Below, in pieces: positions 23,515 through 37,935 of a DNA stretch of 64,000 nt. The notes beneath the pieces were generated by a model. It was not told where the DNA came from, did no database searches, and was given only the letters and a program-made list of their open reading frames with translations. Positions within the stretch are counted from its first letter, which is position 1; each line of letters starts with the position of its first letter. Position numbers and translations under genes: made by a program. Source of the DNA: the human T2T-CHM13v2.0 reference genome, Homo sapiens; assembly GCF_009914755.1 (NCBI RefSeq), contig NC_060935.1, one strand, 5' to 3'.

Positions 23515-25830
23515 TTGCATTTGCTTTTTTCCTGAAGCATTCTTTAGTATTTCTTTTAAAGTGGGTCTGTTAGTAACAAAATTTTCACAGTTTTTGTTCA
23601 TAAGGGAATCTCTTTATTTTACCTTTATTTTTCAAAGATAGCTCCACTGGCTATAGGATTCTTGACACTTTTTTTCTTTGAGCACTTCAAATGTGGTATG
23701 CCAGTGCCCTTTAGCCTTCATTGTTTCTACTTACAGGTCAGCTGTTAATTTTATCTTGCTTCACTTTTAAATAAACATTTTTCTCTGCCATTTTCAAGAT
23801 TTTCTCCTTGTCATTGGCTTTCAGCATCTTTATTCTGATGTATCTGTTTGTGAAACCCTTTATGTTTATTATACATGGAGCTTTCTGAGCTTCCTGTATG
23901 TATAGATTAATGCTTTTCAATAAATTTGGAAGGTTTTAGCCAATTGTTCCTCAAATATTTATCTCGTCTCTTTCTCCTCTTGTATACTTTCATTATGTTT
24001 ATGTTGATGAGTTTAATGGTGTTCACATTTGTCTTAGGCTCTGTTATTTTTTTCTCTATTCCTGTTTCTGTCTGTTCTTTAGATTACATAAAATCAATTA
24101 ATCTGTCTTCAAGTGCAACAATTCTTTCTTCTGCCAATACAAATTTACTGCTGTTTCCCTCTATTAATTTTTTTATTTAAGTTGTACTTTTTAGTTCCAG
24201 GTTTTCCATTTGGAAATTTCTTTTTTAATATATTCTATTTCTTTGTTGATATTCTCTATTTGATGCAATACCATTGTCATACTTTTATTTACTTTCTTAA
24301 TCATCATTTCCTTTAAGTCTTTGAATATATTTATAATAGCTACTTTTAAGTTTTAGTCTGCTATATAAGACATATGATTACTTTCACAGGCATTTTCTGT
24401 TGCGTAACTTCTGGTGAATGAGTTATATTTCTCATTCTCTGTATGTCTCATAATTTTTTGTTGTTAACTGAACTCTTTAAATAATATGTTGCAACAACTC
24501 TGGGTACTGGTACTCCCTCTCATGCCAGGCTTGTTATTTTTATTTGCTTTTTTACTTGTTTAGTTATTAACTGGCTTATAATAGTGAAGGCTATGACTCT
24601 CACCCCACCATCACCAGCAGTGTGAGCTTCTCAGGGGTAAAGAATTCAGTAAATACATAGTCACTCTGTTGTCAATGGTTTTGCCAGAGTTCCCTTTGTC
24701 TCTCTCATTCCCTAATCACACCCAACTGTCAAGCTCCATTAATTTTCAGCTTTTTTTATTGTTTTGACAATATCTGGAAGGATAAGTTGCTTCCCATATT
24801 AACCAAAATTAGATTTGCTTGAAGAAATAATTTCTGCAGTCAGTCTTTGAAATTTGTTCTGACCCAAGGAGGGCTATTTCCATCTCTCTCCCACTTTTCT
24901 CTCAAGCAAACTAGCTGGCTCATAGTTTAGCTGATATCTCCAGTGGATATATTAATCTCCTTCATATTGTCTTTTACTACAACCTCCATTGTTGTTGAGA
25001 ATGCTCATAGGTTTAAATTTCTCTGTACTCTGTTGTAAATAAAGTCAGTTGCTTTGGGGAGAAATTTTAAATACAGTTTTATGATCTACTTTTCCCTCAG
25101 ATAAAATCTCTGAGCCATAGGTCTGGTGCTGTGAGCAGGGACAATGACATCAAGTTTCCCTGAATGACACTCCTGCCTTAGGAGCTGAGTGCTTTGTGGA
25201 TGGGGAAAGCAGTAGCTTTAGGTCACCTAAGCTTGCCCCTCTCACTATGGAATCCTCACCACTTCTGCCTGTATATGAGTGATCCAGGCCCCAGTATTCT
25301 TAATGGCATTGCACTCAAAGTGGAATCTCTGTTGCATAAGTAGTGGTTGGGCGGGAGAAGGGAGCCCTCTTTTCCCCCAGATGCATTTGCCCAGAACTGA
25401 GTCTGAGCAACAGTTATCTGGGAGCAGAATGAGAAACACTGATATAAGGCCCTCCTGGAATGATAGTCCTTTGAGAAGTTAGGGAAAGGGAGTCCTGTGC
25501 CCTTGGCTATATCCATCTGGAGGATAGTGTCCAGCTCTCTGAGATGAAAGATGAAAGGTAGGTAGCTCTTGCTGTGCTTATGGAATTTTGGTAATTTTTT
25601 TGAATATATGTTCCTTCATTTGCTGCATGACCTTAGGCATATTTCCAGAAACTTTAAATCATTTATTTTTTTCATTTGCTTTTAAATTTTTTTAATTTTA
25701 ATTTTTTGATTTTTATTTTAGGTTCTGGGTTATATGTGTAGGTTTAAATAGTTTATTTTATTTTATTTTTTAGCAATTTTCACCAGTTTTTCTTGGGTGC
25801 GAATCTGGAGAGCTCCTCATGCTTTCTTGC
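23515..25830 (-). mobile_element. old L1M 5' region (ORF1 and 5'UTR), decayed
   Basis: Minus ORF 23738-23920 gives IQEAQKAPCIINIKGFTNRYIRIKMLKANDKEKILKMAEK, similar to L1 ORF1p. Confidence 0.75.
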
Positions 25831-26379
25831 CAGAAATAGAACTTGTTTTCCTTTTAAAAATGAATCAGTTTTCCTTCTGTGTTTTGCAGGGCAGATATTT
25901 CTAAAATTCCCAGTCGCAGAGGCCTCAGATAAGAAGGCAGGGCTACCAGAAACTGCAAGGGGTTCTGGACTTAAGATTTGAAATCATAATTCCACAGAAT
26001 CATGGAAAACCAAATCAGAGTCTTAGAAGTGGGCAATCTTTAGTTCAATCTCTCTTAATTTTGTGTAAACTCACCATTTATTGATCAAATGCATTATATT
26101 TAAATTCACTTATTTATCACATATATGGATGCAATAAAAACAAAATCAAGTAGAAAAGCAAAACTTTTAATGAGAAGCAGCCTGACATTTCCTCCTTGTC
26201 TTCTCTATCTTAAACTAACAAACAAACCAAGTTCATCTATGTCTAAATTTTGTACAAAGACATAAACATAGATTAAATTATATAACTTTATATACACTAT
26301 AGTTATGTAAAATTATTTCTTACCATATGTAAAATATTAATACACACACACACAATCCTTCTCATTTACCTCTCCCCAA

Positions 26380-26840
26380 TTTTTTTAACTTTTATTTAAG
26401 TTCAGGGGTACATATGCAGTATGTGCAGGTTTGTTACACAGGTATGTGTGTGTCATGGGGGTTTTTAATACAGATTATTTCATCACCCACATATTAAGCT
26501 TAGTATCCATTAATTATTTTTCCTGACTCTCTCCTTACTCCCACATTCACCCTCTGATAGGCCCCAGTGTGGGTTGTTTCCCTGTAAGTATCCATGTATT
26601 CTCACCATTTAGCTCCCATGTATAAGTGAGAACATGTGGTATTTGGTTTTCTATACTTGCATTAGTTTGCTAAGCATAATGGCCTCCAGCTCCATCCATG
26701 TCCCTGCAAAGGACATCATCTTGTTGCTTTTTATGGCTGCATAGTATTCCATGATGTATATCTACCACATTTTCTTTATCCAATATATCATTGATGGGCA
26801 TTTAGGTTGATTCTATGTCTTTGCTATTGTGAATAGTGCT
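26380..26840 (-). mobile_element. 5'-truncated old L1PA 3' end
   Basis: TTTTATTTAAGTTCAGGGGTACATATGCAG...GGCTGCATAGTATTCCATG...GTGAATAGTGCT. Confidence 0.93.
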
Positions 26841-26914
26841 AGCAATTACTGGTTGTTTTTCAATGTTTAAGTTTTGTATTCCTTTGTTTACCTAATGTTG
26901 AAACTCACTAAAGA

Positions 26915-27530
26915 AGTGCGGGTGGCAGAAACTGCCTCATCTCTATTGAAAACAGACCCTCAGATCCTACTTTCTCATAATTCCCATAGTCTGGGCATTC
27001 ACATATGAGCTAGGCTCAGCTATATTGCTGTACACTCCTGGAGATTTTTTTCCTTTGAATACTGCATTTAAAAAAATTTCAATAGGTTTTTGGGGAACAG
27101 GTGGTGTTTGGTAACATGAGTAAGTTCTTTAGTGGTGATTTCTGAGATTTTGGTGCACCCGTCACCTGAGCAGTGTACACTGTACACAATGTATGGTCTT
27201 GGAGTTTTGTTGTAGGGTTAGTGATGTAAGAAATGTTTTAAAAGTGGATAATTCACTCTTGGAGAGTCATTATCAACTCTCTCCAGTAGCAGTACAGCTA
27301 CAAATTCAATACTCAGTGGTGCTGCTACTCACAGGCTTATTCTAAAAGATCATTTGAAATGTAGTTTGCTTGCCTGGGATCTCATTGTGCCGTTCTTTTT
27401 TGTTTTTTGTTTTTTTTTTTGGTTTTGTTTTGTTTTTTCTATTTTCTGGTTTTCCAGCCTTCCCAGAAATTCTGTGAGCTACATAGGGCTTTTCTTACAA
27501 ATGCCTTTTCTACTTAAAACAGCCTAATAA
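26915..27530 (+). mobile_element. old LTR remnant (ERVL/MaLR type) carrying a short L1PB
   Basis: GGTGGCAGAAACTG...CATATGAGCTAGGCTCAGC...CAGCCTTCCCAGAAATTCTGTGAGCTAC...AAATGCCTTTTCTACTTAA. Confidence 0.45.
27045..27200 (-). mobile_element. L1PB 3' end, short
   Basis: TTCAATAGGTTTTTGGGGAACAGGTGGTGTTTGGTAACATGAGTAAGTTCTTTAGTGGTGATTTCTGAGATTTTGGTGCACCC. Confidence 0.9.
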
Positions 27531-28849
27531 AGATTATATTACACTCTTTATTCAACTTTCCAAATGACATAGTATTCATTAAGTTCTATTCTTTAACCTC
27601 TGATTTATTGCTATGTTGATACTGAATTATCCTGTTTTAGCCCATCTCCCTTTTACCTTTCATCACACAAGTAGATTCCAAGTCCAGAGTTTTGAGATCC
27701 TTCTTTCTTCAATTACTATATATTGGGCAAATTTAGGTGGAGTTTCCTTTCACCTGACAACGTTCTACCTTTCGCCTCATTTTTAAAACATGCAGTAAAA
27801 TGTCTTATTTCCTGATGGCCCCACCCTCTTTTATTTTCTTTTATAGATTTACTGCCTTAAAAAATCATCACTGTCAATTTAAAGATTAAAAAAAGAGAAA
27901 AGTGTATAAGCTTATGCATCAGTCTTAACCCAATAGCTTGAATTATCTTTTAGCTTTATATCTGCCAAGTCCCAGGATTTAATAAGTTTTTACTGGATAA
28001 ACTATTTTCAAACACTTTGTATTTATTTATAGCTATTTCCTTTTTTATTCTCCTAAGTTAATATTTTACACCAAGGGTAACTGACAAGTTAACTATAATC
28101 TACAAATGATTTGCATATTTTTCTGATTAGCCATGAGTTCTGTGGCTATCATTGCAGCTTTGCCTACCAAGTTCTGGCAGAAAGGGAACACTATTGCTTA
28201 CTTGAAATACCTATATTGTCTTGAGTATTTTACCATACAGGTCATTATAATACTTTTTTCCTAGTAGCAACCAAATGATTTTTGAAATTTAAATTTTTCT
28301 ATTTTTCAGAAGAAAGCATTTGTAGTCACTCTCCTGCTTTAAGGTTTTTTTTTTTTCATATATTCTTCCAAGTCATTAAACCAAATACATCCTTCTCTTC
28401 TACTAGTATGTCATCAAGGTTAAATAATGTTAAACTAATAAACTCTCTGATTAGTGGTCAGCTTTGAGTAAGCCTTGTCTGATTTGAAACTTAATAACTA
28501 TTATATACTTTAATATGCAACTATCTTCTTCTAAACTCAAATAACATTTTTATTGCCATTGTACCACTCAATGTTAATTTAGCACAGCTCAAAAGACTCA
28601 ATAGAAGTGACGAGAATAGACATTTAACCACTGACCTTCACAACTGAATCAAGTCTGAGCAGTTTATATTTGCTGGGGACACCCAAGCCTAGTCAGCTAG
28701 CAGTCCTTGTGAACTAGGGTTTTCATTCTTCCCTATCACTCTTGTCACTGTCGGTCATTATACTGTATCCCCTTGAATGAATTACCTATTATCTCTGGTC
28801 TGTTTTATCATAAGATAAATTCATAACAAAAAAATTATATTAACTTAAG

Positions 28850-29945
28850 TTAAGATGTATTGAGTGATTACTATGGACTAGATATTATTCTAGGTTCTAG
28901 GAATACATTGGATAACAAATATTCCTTCATGGAGCTTCAGCTCTGCTGGTGTAAACAGACCATTGGCCAACAAATAAGTAAAATATATTGTTTATCAGGT
29001 AGTGAAAAGTGTTGTGAGATAAACAGCTACAAAATAAGAATAAGGAGAGTTGGGGATGAGGGATTAGCATTTTAAATAGGGCAATTAAGGAAGCCTTCAC
29101 AGATAAGGTGGCATTTGAACACAGATTTGATGGAGGTGAGGACATGAATCTTAACCATATCTGGGAAATAGGTAGTCCAGGCAAAAGTAACAGCAAGTTC
29201 AAGTGTCCTGATACGGGAATGTGCTTAGTATGTTTGATAAACAGAACAGAATCAGTCAGGATAAAAGTTGTAGGAGGTAAGGTAACAGTGTTAGAATGGG
29301 AGCAGATTATGAGAAATTTGTCAGCCATTTATAAAATTTTGGCTTTCCCTAGAAATGAAAGGAGAAGCTACTGGGGGGTACTGAAGATAGAAGTGACATC
29401 TTTTATTATAAAAGGATCAATTTGATTTTTGCATTGCCAGTGGACTAGAGGTGGGGACAAGCATAGAAGCAAGAGACATTATAGAAGATTATTTCAACAT
29501 TTAAAGTGCGAAATGATGATGGTGTGCACCTGGGTGCCTCTGGTGTGGTGGAGAAACAGATTCGGTAACAGAATTTTTTTTATGACAGGACATACAGAGC
29601 CTGTTGGTAAATTGTATATGAGGTGTGAGATTAGAGTTAAGGATGAATCCAAGACTTTGGTCTGAGTAGGTGGAAAAATGGAGTTAGTGTTTACTGAGAT
29701 GTGGAAAAATGTGGTGGGGAGGGGAGGATATTTTCAGAGGTGAATGTATTTCAAGAGTTTGGTTTTGAGGCATGTTAATTGTGAAGATGTTATTTAAACA
29801 TACAGTTAGCGATGTCATGGAGGCAGTTGGACATACAAGTCTGGAGTTATTGCGTGGTGGGGCTAGAGATATACTTCATCATAGAGAAGGTATTTAAAGA
29901 CATGGGACCTGATGTGGTAATTTAGGTGGTTAGTGAAAGTAGGTA
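28850..29945 (-). mobile_element. L2 (L2a-like), ~1.1 kb
   Basis: TATTGAGTGATTACTATG...GAAGCCTTCACAGATAAGGTGGCATTTGAACACAGA...GGAGGCAGTTGGACATACAAGTCTGGAG. Confidence 0.88.
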
Positions 29946-30319
29946 AGATAATTTATTTTCTTCCTGCTTTAAAAAATTAGAGCTTATTTCTGTTTTACCC
30001 AAGAGATTTCTTTTCTGTCATTAGTTCCTTTCTACCTTCCAAATTATCTCAAGCTGAGGATAAGCGATCCAAGGAATTGAGTTCAAAGAATCATGCATAG
30101 AAAAAATGGACGTGTAAAAGAAGCTGCAATGCAGATAAGTATCCACTACTGCTAAGGACAGAAGAATTAGGAGGAAAGATCCCAAATTCTTCATTGTATC
30201 CACACAAATGGTGTGTCTGAGTCTAACTTTCTCTTATGCTTCATAGGCATCAAATTCTTTTTAGGGACTTCAGGAAACCCAGAAACAACCAGGAAGTGGT
30301 CAACTAAAATTATATAGTG

Positions 30320-30450
30320 GAAATAGCACAGTGTATGGAGTTAGAGAAACCAGTTTGTGTCCTGATCAATTCACTAGCTCTGATACTTTGGATTCATTGA
30401 CATTTCCTAGGTTGAGATTATTTATCATTAAGATGCATACAATAATTTAT
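30320..30450 (+). mobile_element. MIR
   Basis: TAGTGGAAATAGCACAG...GGAGTTAGAGAAACC...CACTAGCTCTGATACTTTGG. Confidence 0.6.
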
Positions 30451-31994
30451 GCCTTGAGCACAACAGTGAACTGTCTTTGAAGATAAAATGAAACAGTCTT
30501 TGAAAGAGTTCTGTGTAGGGTCCTTAGTAGACACAACATTTTGTCATCGATCTTGGGATCAGTAAAGTTTATTAATCCTTGTACAAAGCAAGAGTGTACT
30601 ACGAAATGGAAAATTAAGCTCTTAATATTAGCAACAGTTTTATCACTGATTGAGGATTTTTTTTCTGTGTATAGTTCAGTGTTAGGAAATCTACATATTG
30701 GGGTATTCAAGAAAATTCAGGTGGCAGAGGTTTAAAAAAGGAGTAAGATGCTGAAAATAAGAAGAAAAATAGGACTATTGCTCTTGGAAAGTTAGAAACA
30801 GCATTGAACACTGCAGTGTGATTGCTTAGCAAAGACACTGTGGGGAGAGTGAATGAATTTAGGATGGATAGCCAGTTAGCAGCTGGAAAAACAATGACTA
30901 GTCAAAGCATGTTGGTCTTGAGGAAAGACTGATATGGCTCTAGCACTTTTAAGGACATGCAGAAGCTTCTGCTTGGGAAGATACGTCACAGGAAAACAGA
31001 AGATACAATGTGATTAGCACACACAATCTGAAAGAATCTTCTAATTGCCTTCAGATAATTAGATAATCTGTTGTTATCAAATTAGCTATGGCTAGTAAAA
31101 TTCTATCTCCATTTTCATATGTAGTATGCTGTTTTGCCTCTTTTTGTGTTTTGCCTATTAAATTACACTGAAAAATCCTAGAATAAATGTGATCTCACAG
31201 GAAGCAGAACAACAGGATACATTTTAAATATTAATTTAGGATTTGAAGATTCATTCAGAGAGGTAGAAATGCCAAGGTACAAACTAAGTTTTCAAGTTCA
31301 CTTTGTCAGATATATTTGTAAAAATATGAAAGCTATCAAAATTTTGGTATCATTATTTCTTCCTTTGCTTACAAATTAAGGTTTGGATTATGTGATATAT
31401 AAATGGTAGGAGTATTAAAAGACATGTGATCCTAGACATCTTAATAAAAATGCTAAATATATGCCCCAAACAAATTTTATAAATTTAATCTTTTCAGTAA
31501 CCATAAATAACGCTTATGTATTAGTGAAGTACCACTATATGTAAGATCCTTTGCAAAATTATAAAATATCACTTAATTTTAAAAATAATTGTATTTTATA
31601 AATGATAAAATTAAGGGTAAAAGACAATTTATATATAGTTAAAAAGCAAATAAGTAACCAAAATAAGATTCAAATGCAAGTTTAACTTCAATTTATGTAT
31701 TATTTTAATCACACCACATTGCTTAACAGTATTCTCTCTATCAATACAAACTTTTAAGCTACTGCAATGAAGATCTAGATAGCATCAAAGTTTAAGGGCT
31801 CCTAGGATACTGTCCACATTTTTCTGATTGTTTACACAATCTCTGTAGCTAATTGTGGATGGTTGTTTCCCATGTGCTTTTTGATATGACTTCATTAACA
31901 TTACCTCTCAATCACAGTTAGTAGAAAATATTAAGATAGAATTCAAAATAACTTCTAGAGCTTGGTCTAGCTCATAATAAAACTAACAATAGTA

Positions 31995-32210
31995 ATTACA
32001 AATTGCCCAGTCCCTGCAATAGTTAACGTATATGTTCAATATCTCTATTCTTCATATTAACCTTAAAAGATAATACCATTTCTTTCACAGATGAAAACAT
32101 TGAGATTAAAAACAAATAAATCATTTCCCTACAATGACAATGCCCTAAGTGGGATAGAATCTCCAGTAAAATTAGGCGCCAGTGCTTCTTTATATCCCAA
32201 AAACATACTG
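31995..32210 (-). mobile_element. MIR
   Basis: TTTCACAGATGAAAACATTGAGATTAA core. Confidence 0.6.
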
Positions 32211-32609
32211 TCTCCCTATTATGCCATTAAGCAATGCTTATTTCACTACTACTTTCTTATGGGATAGACATCTTGCATTCAGTGGCTGTAGAATACGGTG
32301 AAATAGGCAAAACAGAGAAAAGTAACCATACATGTTGAGTAGCAGAAAGAGTCTGAGAAAAAAAGTGTCAAATAGGTATTTCTTTTTGAGTTATTTTGGC
32401 TTTAGGAGGTGCTGTTTTAGGAAGTATTCTGAATTCAAATTTAGTTGAGTAGAAAAGAGAGCCTTTGCTTGTTAGCATTATCTTTCATGGAGTAGAAAAG
32501 AAGAAATGAAGTGAGCTAAGCATTTTCTAATCTGGGTTTTAGTTGATTGTTAAACCAATCTGCATTTTTAAGAGTGAATCTGACTTTCTGAATTTATACA
32601 TTCATTAGA

Positions 32610-33860
32610 AAACATTAGACAAACCCAACTTAATGGATATCCTGCAAATTAATTGGCTAGGATTTTTAAAGATACCAACATCATAAAGCATAAAGGAAAG
32701 CAGAAAAACCATTCTAGACTAAAAAGAATAAAAAGCTTCACAACCAATTACAATGCATAATACTTGACTGGATTCTGGACTAGAAAATATATACAGGCAA
32801 AGGATACAGAGATAATTGACAAAAATTGAAATTAGTCTCTGGAATAAATACTAATAATATTACTTTAAAGTTAGATTGATTGTAATTACTGTAGAATATG
32901 AAAGAGAATGTCCTTGTTAATAAGTACACAGTAATGTACTTAGGGATAAAGCACTTAGAGCCAACTTACCCTCAAATGACTGAGATCAAAGTTTTAAATA
33001 TCTAAGTGTGTGCACATGTGTGTGTGTATGTATGTATGTGTAAAGAAAGAGAGAAGGATAAGACAAAAAGAGGCAGAATGTAATCAGTTGATGATTCTGG
33101 GTAAAGAGTATGTATGTGTGTTACTTGTTTTATTCTCAAAACTTGTCTGAAACTTGAAAATGTATAAAAAGTAAAGTTACAAAAATAAAAGTAAGTAAAA
33201 GCTATAATTTGAGCCCACTCATCACTATAAACAATGTAGAACAGCCACATTTTACCTGACTCCAATGATGCAAAACAACTATATAGAATTGCTATTAACT
33301 ATTCTTGCCCAAATTGTCTAATCTGAAACTAATCACATCTTTAGATCAAATTTCAATTGACGAAAAATATAGGATACAGGAACGAATGAAATGATGCTAT
33401 GAGAAAGCAGTCATCAAAAATCATAAAGTTGGAAAATTCTGTAGGAAAAATTGACCTTATTTTCAACAAATCAGTGCCATGAAACATATGGGTCTATTTT
33501 ATATTAATTATTTTTAAAAAGTGTAACCAAAGGCAAATCATTTGTAAGTGATTCATTGGAAAAATTGGGGGAAATTAAAGGAACTGTTATTAGATTATGA
33601 TAAGAACTATTCTTAATTTTCTGTTGTGTGGTAATAAAATTATGTTTATATAGTGACATATGAATTAAATGTTTTATATTTTGAGAAATAGTGAAATATT
33701 TAAAGGCAATTATCATTGTGTTTGAAAGTTAATTTAAAACATTTTTTTAAAGTAGACCAAAATGTGGGAAATACTAAGCTTGAGACCTTGCTGATAATTA
33801 TATACATTAAATTATTCTTTGTATTTTTGGTATGATTAGTTATTTTATATTAAATTTGCA
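32610..33860 (+). mobile_element. old L1M (MC/ME) 3'UTR fragments
   Basis: ACAATGCATAATACTTGACTGGATTCTGGACTAGAAAA, GAATGTCCTTGTT, TGATTCTGGGTAAAGAGTATG...TTGTTTTATTCTC. Confidence 0.65.
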
Positions 33861-35029
33861 AGAGTTAAATAAAATTAAGTAGAATTGTGACTCATCAGTG
33901 AAAGTAGACTGGTAAACGTCAGCTTCAGTAGGCAGAGAAGTCAGAGAGAAGACATTTGAGAAGTTATAATTGCACACAAATAAGCATGACACCAATGGCA
34001 GAAAATAATTACAGATCAGAGGAGGAAAGCCAGGAGGAAAATATAGTTATCAAGCTGATCCAGGTCTGAGATAAGAGTTGGAAATTGTATTAAGCTCCCA
34101 AAATAACAGGAACCACTCTTGAAGTGAGTTCAGTTTAGAAATTTCCTACATTCTCCACCCCTGGATTTTGATGGCAAGAGAACCACACTGGAAAAGAAAA
34201 AATAACAGCTTTTCCAATAATAGAATTACATTCCTATCATATCACAGAGAAATAATTCTCCCAAATGCAAACTAAAGGTGCCATTAAGAATCACATACCT
34301 CTTGCTGGCAACAATGAAAATGAAGAAAAACATAATGAAGTCAGAAAAGGCTGCTGAAATGTGGAGAGGAAGAATTGGGTATTTTGTTAGCCAAAAATTT
34401 TAAATAATTTTATTTCACTTTTACAGATACATTAATGGAAAATGAAATACTTATGCTGGTCCATATTTCTAGATGTAAATGTTACTACATGCAGAAGAAA
34501 TAAAATATACAATTCTAAAACATATTTTTAAAATGTATCTCTAAAACCATAAAAATGAAGATCTCAGAGATACAGCATTATGTTGAAGAGGAACATATGA
34601 TGACTCTTAGGCAATAAAATTATCAATGAAGAAGGAAAGACCTACATTTGAGGAAATTGTGAAGCTGAATTATAAGTATATCAAGAAATAACAATCAGAT
34701 CATTGGTTCATATTTGGACATTCGTGATATCATTCTAGCAATAAGGTAATTCTCAAGATGCTGAAGAGTTTTAAGGATAACAAGTGACAGAATCAACATT
34801 AATCATAGTATATTTCTTCAAGCATTCTTCAATAATATCTCTAGTAGACATACTGCTAAAGTTATAGGTACAAAGACAAAAGGAGTATTTTTAGGCACTT
34901 TGAATCTGCAAGACAGAAAGATACACAAATAATCACCATACAATTCAGTAATTTTTATTTAGAGTAATTTATTCATTCGCTGTGCTCTTAAGAACTATTC
35001 ATTAAAGACCATATAAGCTTTATAAGCTT

Positions 35030-35340
35030 GGAGCATTTGAAGAACCAAATGAGAGTTGTATACTAAATAAGCACTGCAAAAATATAAGAAAGACAGACAT
35101 CATGTACATTATGGTAGACTATGTTAAGGAATTTAATTTTATTCTAAATCATTAGCTAAGAAAATCATTGACAGTTTTGAAACAGAAGAGTGATGTAATC
35201 TGATTTATCACCCTGGGTGCTCTGTGGAAATATATTGCAGGGAGAGCAAGAGGCACTGGAGAGACCAGGTTTCAGGCTGCTGCGATGCTCCAAGTAGATA
35301 CAAACAGCAGTAAAGCATGAGATAGAAGAATTTAACTTCA
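35030..35340 (-). mobile_element. L2 fragment
   Basis: TAAGGAATTTAATTTTATTCTAA...TTTTGAAACAGAAGAGTGATGTAATCTGATT...GGAGAGACCAG. Confidence 0.6.
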
Positions 35341-35359
35341 CCCAGGAAATCTGGGAACT

Positions 35360-35790
35360 CATACGCATTGCTGCTGTTGATGTAAATTGATATAACCACT
35401 TCGGAAAACATTTTGGCAATGCTTTATAAAATTAGGCACACATTTACCATACAGTGCAGCAACTCGATTCTTACATATTTATTCAAGTGAAATAAAAACA
35501 CATGTCTACTCACCTTTGTTTATAATGGCTCAAATTACTGGAAACATCCCAAATGGACATTGACAGGTGAGTAGATAAACAGACTGTGGTTTATGCACAC
35601 AAAGGGATCCTACTCAGAAATATGATAGATTAATTTTATAAATATTATGCTTACCCAAACAATTGAACCACAAAAATACATATTGTATGATTCCATTTAT
35701 CAGTAATTCTAGAAAAAATAATTAAAATTTTAGTTACAGAAAGCAGATCAGTGATTCTGTGCATCTTGGGGTTGAGTGGAGTACAAACTT
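35360..35790 (+). mobile_element. old L1M 3' fragment
   Basis: GGAACTCATACGCATTGCTG...ACCACTTCGGAAAACATTTTGGCA...TTGTATGATTCCATTTAT. Confidence 0.8.
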
Positions 35791-35834
35791 TTAAATTGCT
35801 CAAGGATAAAAATTGGGAGTAAGGGAAATGAAAA

Positions 35835-37935
35835 GGGAAATTGAATACAGTAAAGATGTCAATTCTTGCCAAATTTATATTCCAGCAATACTTTTTATTG
35901 ATATAGGAAAGATTATTCTAAAACTTATATGGTATTAGAATTAGGAAAATCAATTCTGAAAAAGAAGTGTAAAGTGAAAGAAATCATTCTACCCTATTTC
36001 AAACTTATTATATAACTAGTCATTAGGACTACATAGTGTTGGCAGAAGGATGGACATATATAGATCGACAGAACAGAATAGAGAACACGTATCTAGCTGC
36101 ATATGGGTACAGCCTGTCAATTTTTTTTAAATAAAATTGCAAAAGTAATTCAATGGAGAAAGGATAACTTTTCAACAAATAGTACTGGAACAATTATTGA
36201 ACATTAATAGGCAAAAAAGAATTTCAACCTAAACCTCATTCTTTATACAAAAAATAACTCAAAATGGGTCATAAATTTAAATATGATAATTATACTATAA
36301 GAACTTAAAAGAAAGTACAGGAAGAAATCTTTAGAGCCTAAGGCTTTATGAAGAGTTTTTTGACATGATACCAAAAGCATGATCCATAAAAGGAAAAAAT
36401 AATAATATACTGGACTTTACCAAAATTAAAAGCCTTTGCTTTGTAAAAAAAAAAAAAATGCTATAAGAGAATGAAAAAGAAAGCTAGCAACTAGGAGACA
36501 AGATTTTCAAACAACATATCTAACGGACTCTCAAAATGTAGGAAAAATAAAAAAACAAAACAAATAAAACACTTCAATTAAAAAATTAACAAAAAACATT
36601 GAGACATCTCATCTAAAAGATATAGCAATAGTAGATAAGCATATGAAAGATGTTCATCATCATGAGCCATTAGGGAAATATTCTATTTAGAACAGGTAAA
36701 ATGTAAAGTTTTGACAGTACCAAATACTGGCAAGGACATACAGAAACTGGATCACTCATATATTCTTGGAGGGAATAAGAGATGTTACAGCCACTCTGAA
36801 AAATAGTTGGATGATTTTGTAAATACTAAACATACACTTACTATGTGACTCAGAAATCACACTCCTGGGCATTTATCCTAGAGGAATGAAAATATATGTT
36901 CACACAAATATCTTTACATAATTGCTCGTGACAGCTTTATTTATAGAAACCCAAACCTAGAAACCCTCTAAAGTAGGTTGATAGTTGTACAAACTGGTAC
37001 ATCATAGCATCGAATGTTGTTCCTCAGTAAAAAGAAACAAATATTGATAAACACAACTTGAAAAGACCTCAAGGACATCATACTAAATGAAAGCACAGAA
37101 TATCAAAAGATAAGATACTGGGCAAATCCATTACTTAACATTAATAAAATGATGCTATTTTACAGATGTTAAATGGTTTTTGTCAGGGCTTAGCTATACT
37201 AGAGATAAGAAGGGGGAGATATAGGGATATGTATATAGCTATAAAGGGAGTGGTGAGTTGAATGGTGACCTGCAGAAATGTATGTCCACATCCTTCTCCT
37301 GAAACCTGTATTATCTTTTATGACAAAAGACAGAATTAGTTAAGGATCTTGAGATGAAGAACTTATTCTGTGTGGTCTGGGTTGATCCTAAAGGCAGCCA
37401 CAAGTATCTTTATAAGATATACACACAGAGGGAAGACATGCAGAGTAGAAGGAGATGGGAAGATGAAGCAGAGAGAGATAGGACCACAAGACAAGGTATT
37501 CTGATATCTGACAGACACAGAAAGAAGAAAGAAAGGATTGATTTTTCCCTATAGCTTCCACAGAAATGTAGCCCCGCAGACACCTTTGGAATTTTAGCCT
37601 CCAGAACTGAAAGAAAATAAATGTCTGCTAGTTTAAGCCACCAAATGTATGTGAATTTGTTATAGCACTCACAGAAAATTGTGCAAAGGTCAGAGTAAGA
37701 TAAATCTTTCTGGTGATAGAATAATTCTTTACCTTGATTGCAGTGGAGGTTACATGAATCAACACATGTGATTAAATAATGTAGCCCTATTATTAGACTA
37801 GATTTTTTGGTTTTGCTATTGTACTTTAGTTATATAAGATGCAACCAATGGGAAAAACTGAGGGAGTGTACATGGGCAACTCTATATTATTGTTGGAACT
37901 TCCTGTGCATCTGTTTCAGAATAAAAAGTTTATAA
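35835..37935 (+). mobile_element. L1MC-like 3' ORF2 and 3'UTR, split by MLT1
   Basis: AAAGATGTCAATTCTTGCCAAATT...CTTTTCAACAAATAGTACTGGAACAA...CTCCTGGGCATTTATCCTAGAG, ending AATAAAAAGTTT at ~37930. Confidence 0.85.
37250..37682 (+). mobile_element. MLT1 (C/D-like) solo LTR
   Basis: TGGTGAGTTGAATGGTGACC...TAAGGATCTTGAGATG...GCCTCCAGAACTGAAAGAAAATAAATGTCTG...TTTAAGCCACCAA...TTTGTTATAGC. Confidence 0.85.

Noticed and set aside
4757-26840. Similarity between 4.8-5.2 kb and 26.4-26.8 kb as a segmental duplication
   Set aside because: Both are independent 3' ends of related L1PA subfamilies, and the flanks differ.
34405-34480. Possible exon after TTTCACTTTTACAG
   Set aside because: Only an acceptor-like motif, with a weak donor and no supporting ORF or neighbouring exons.
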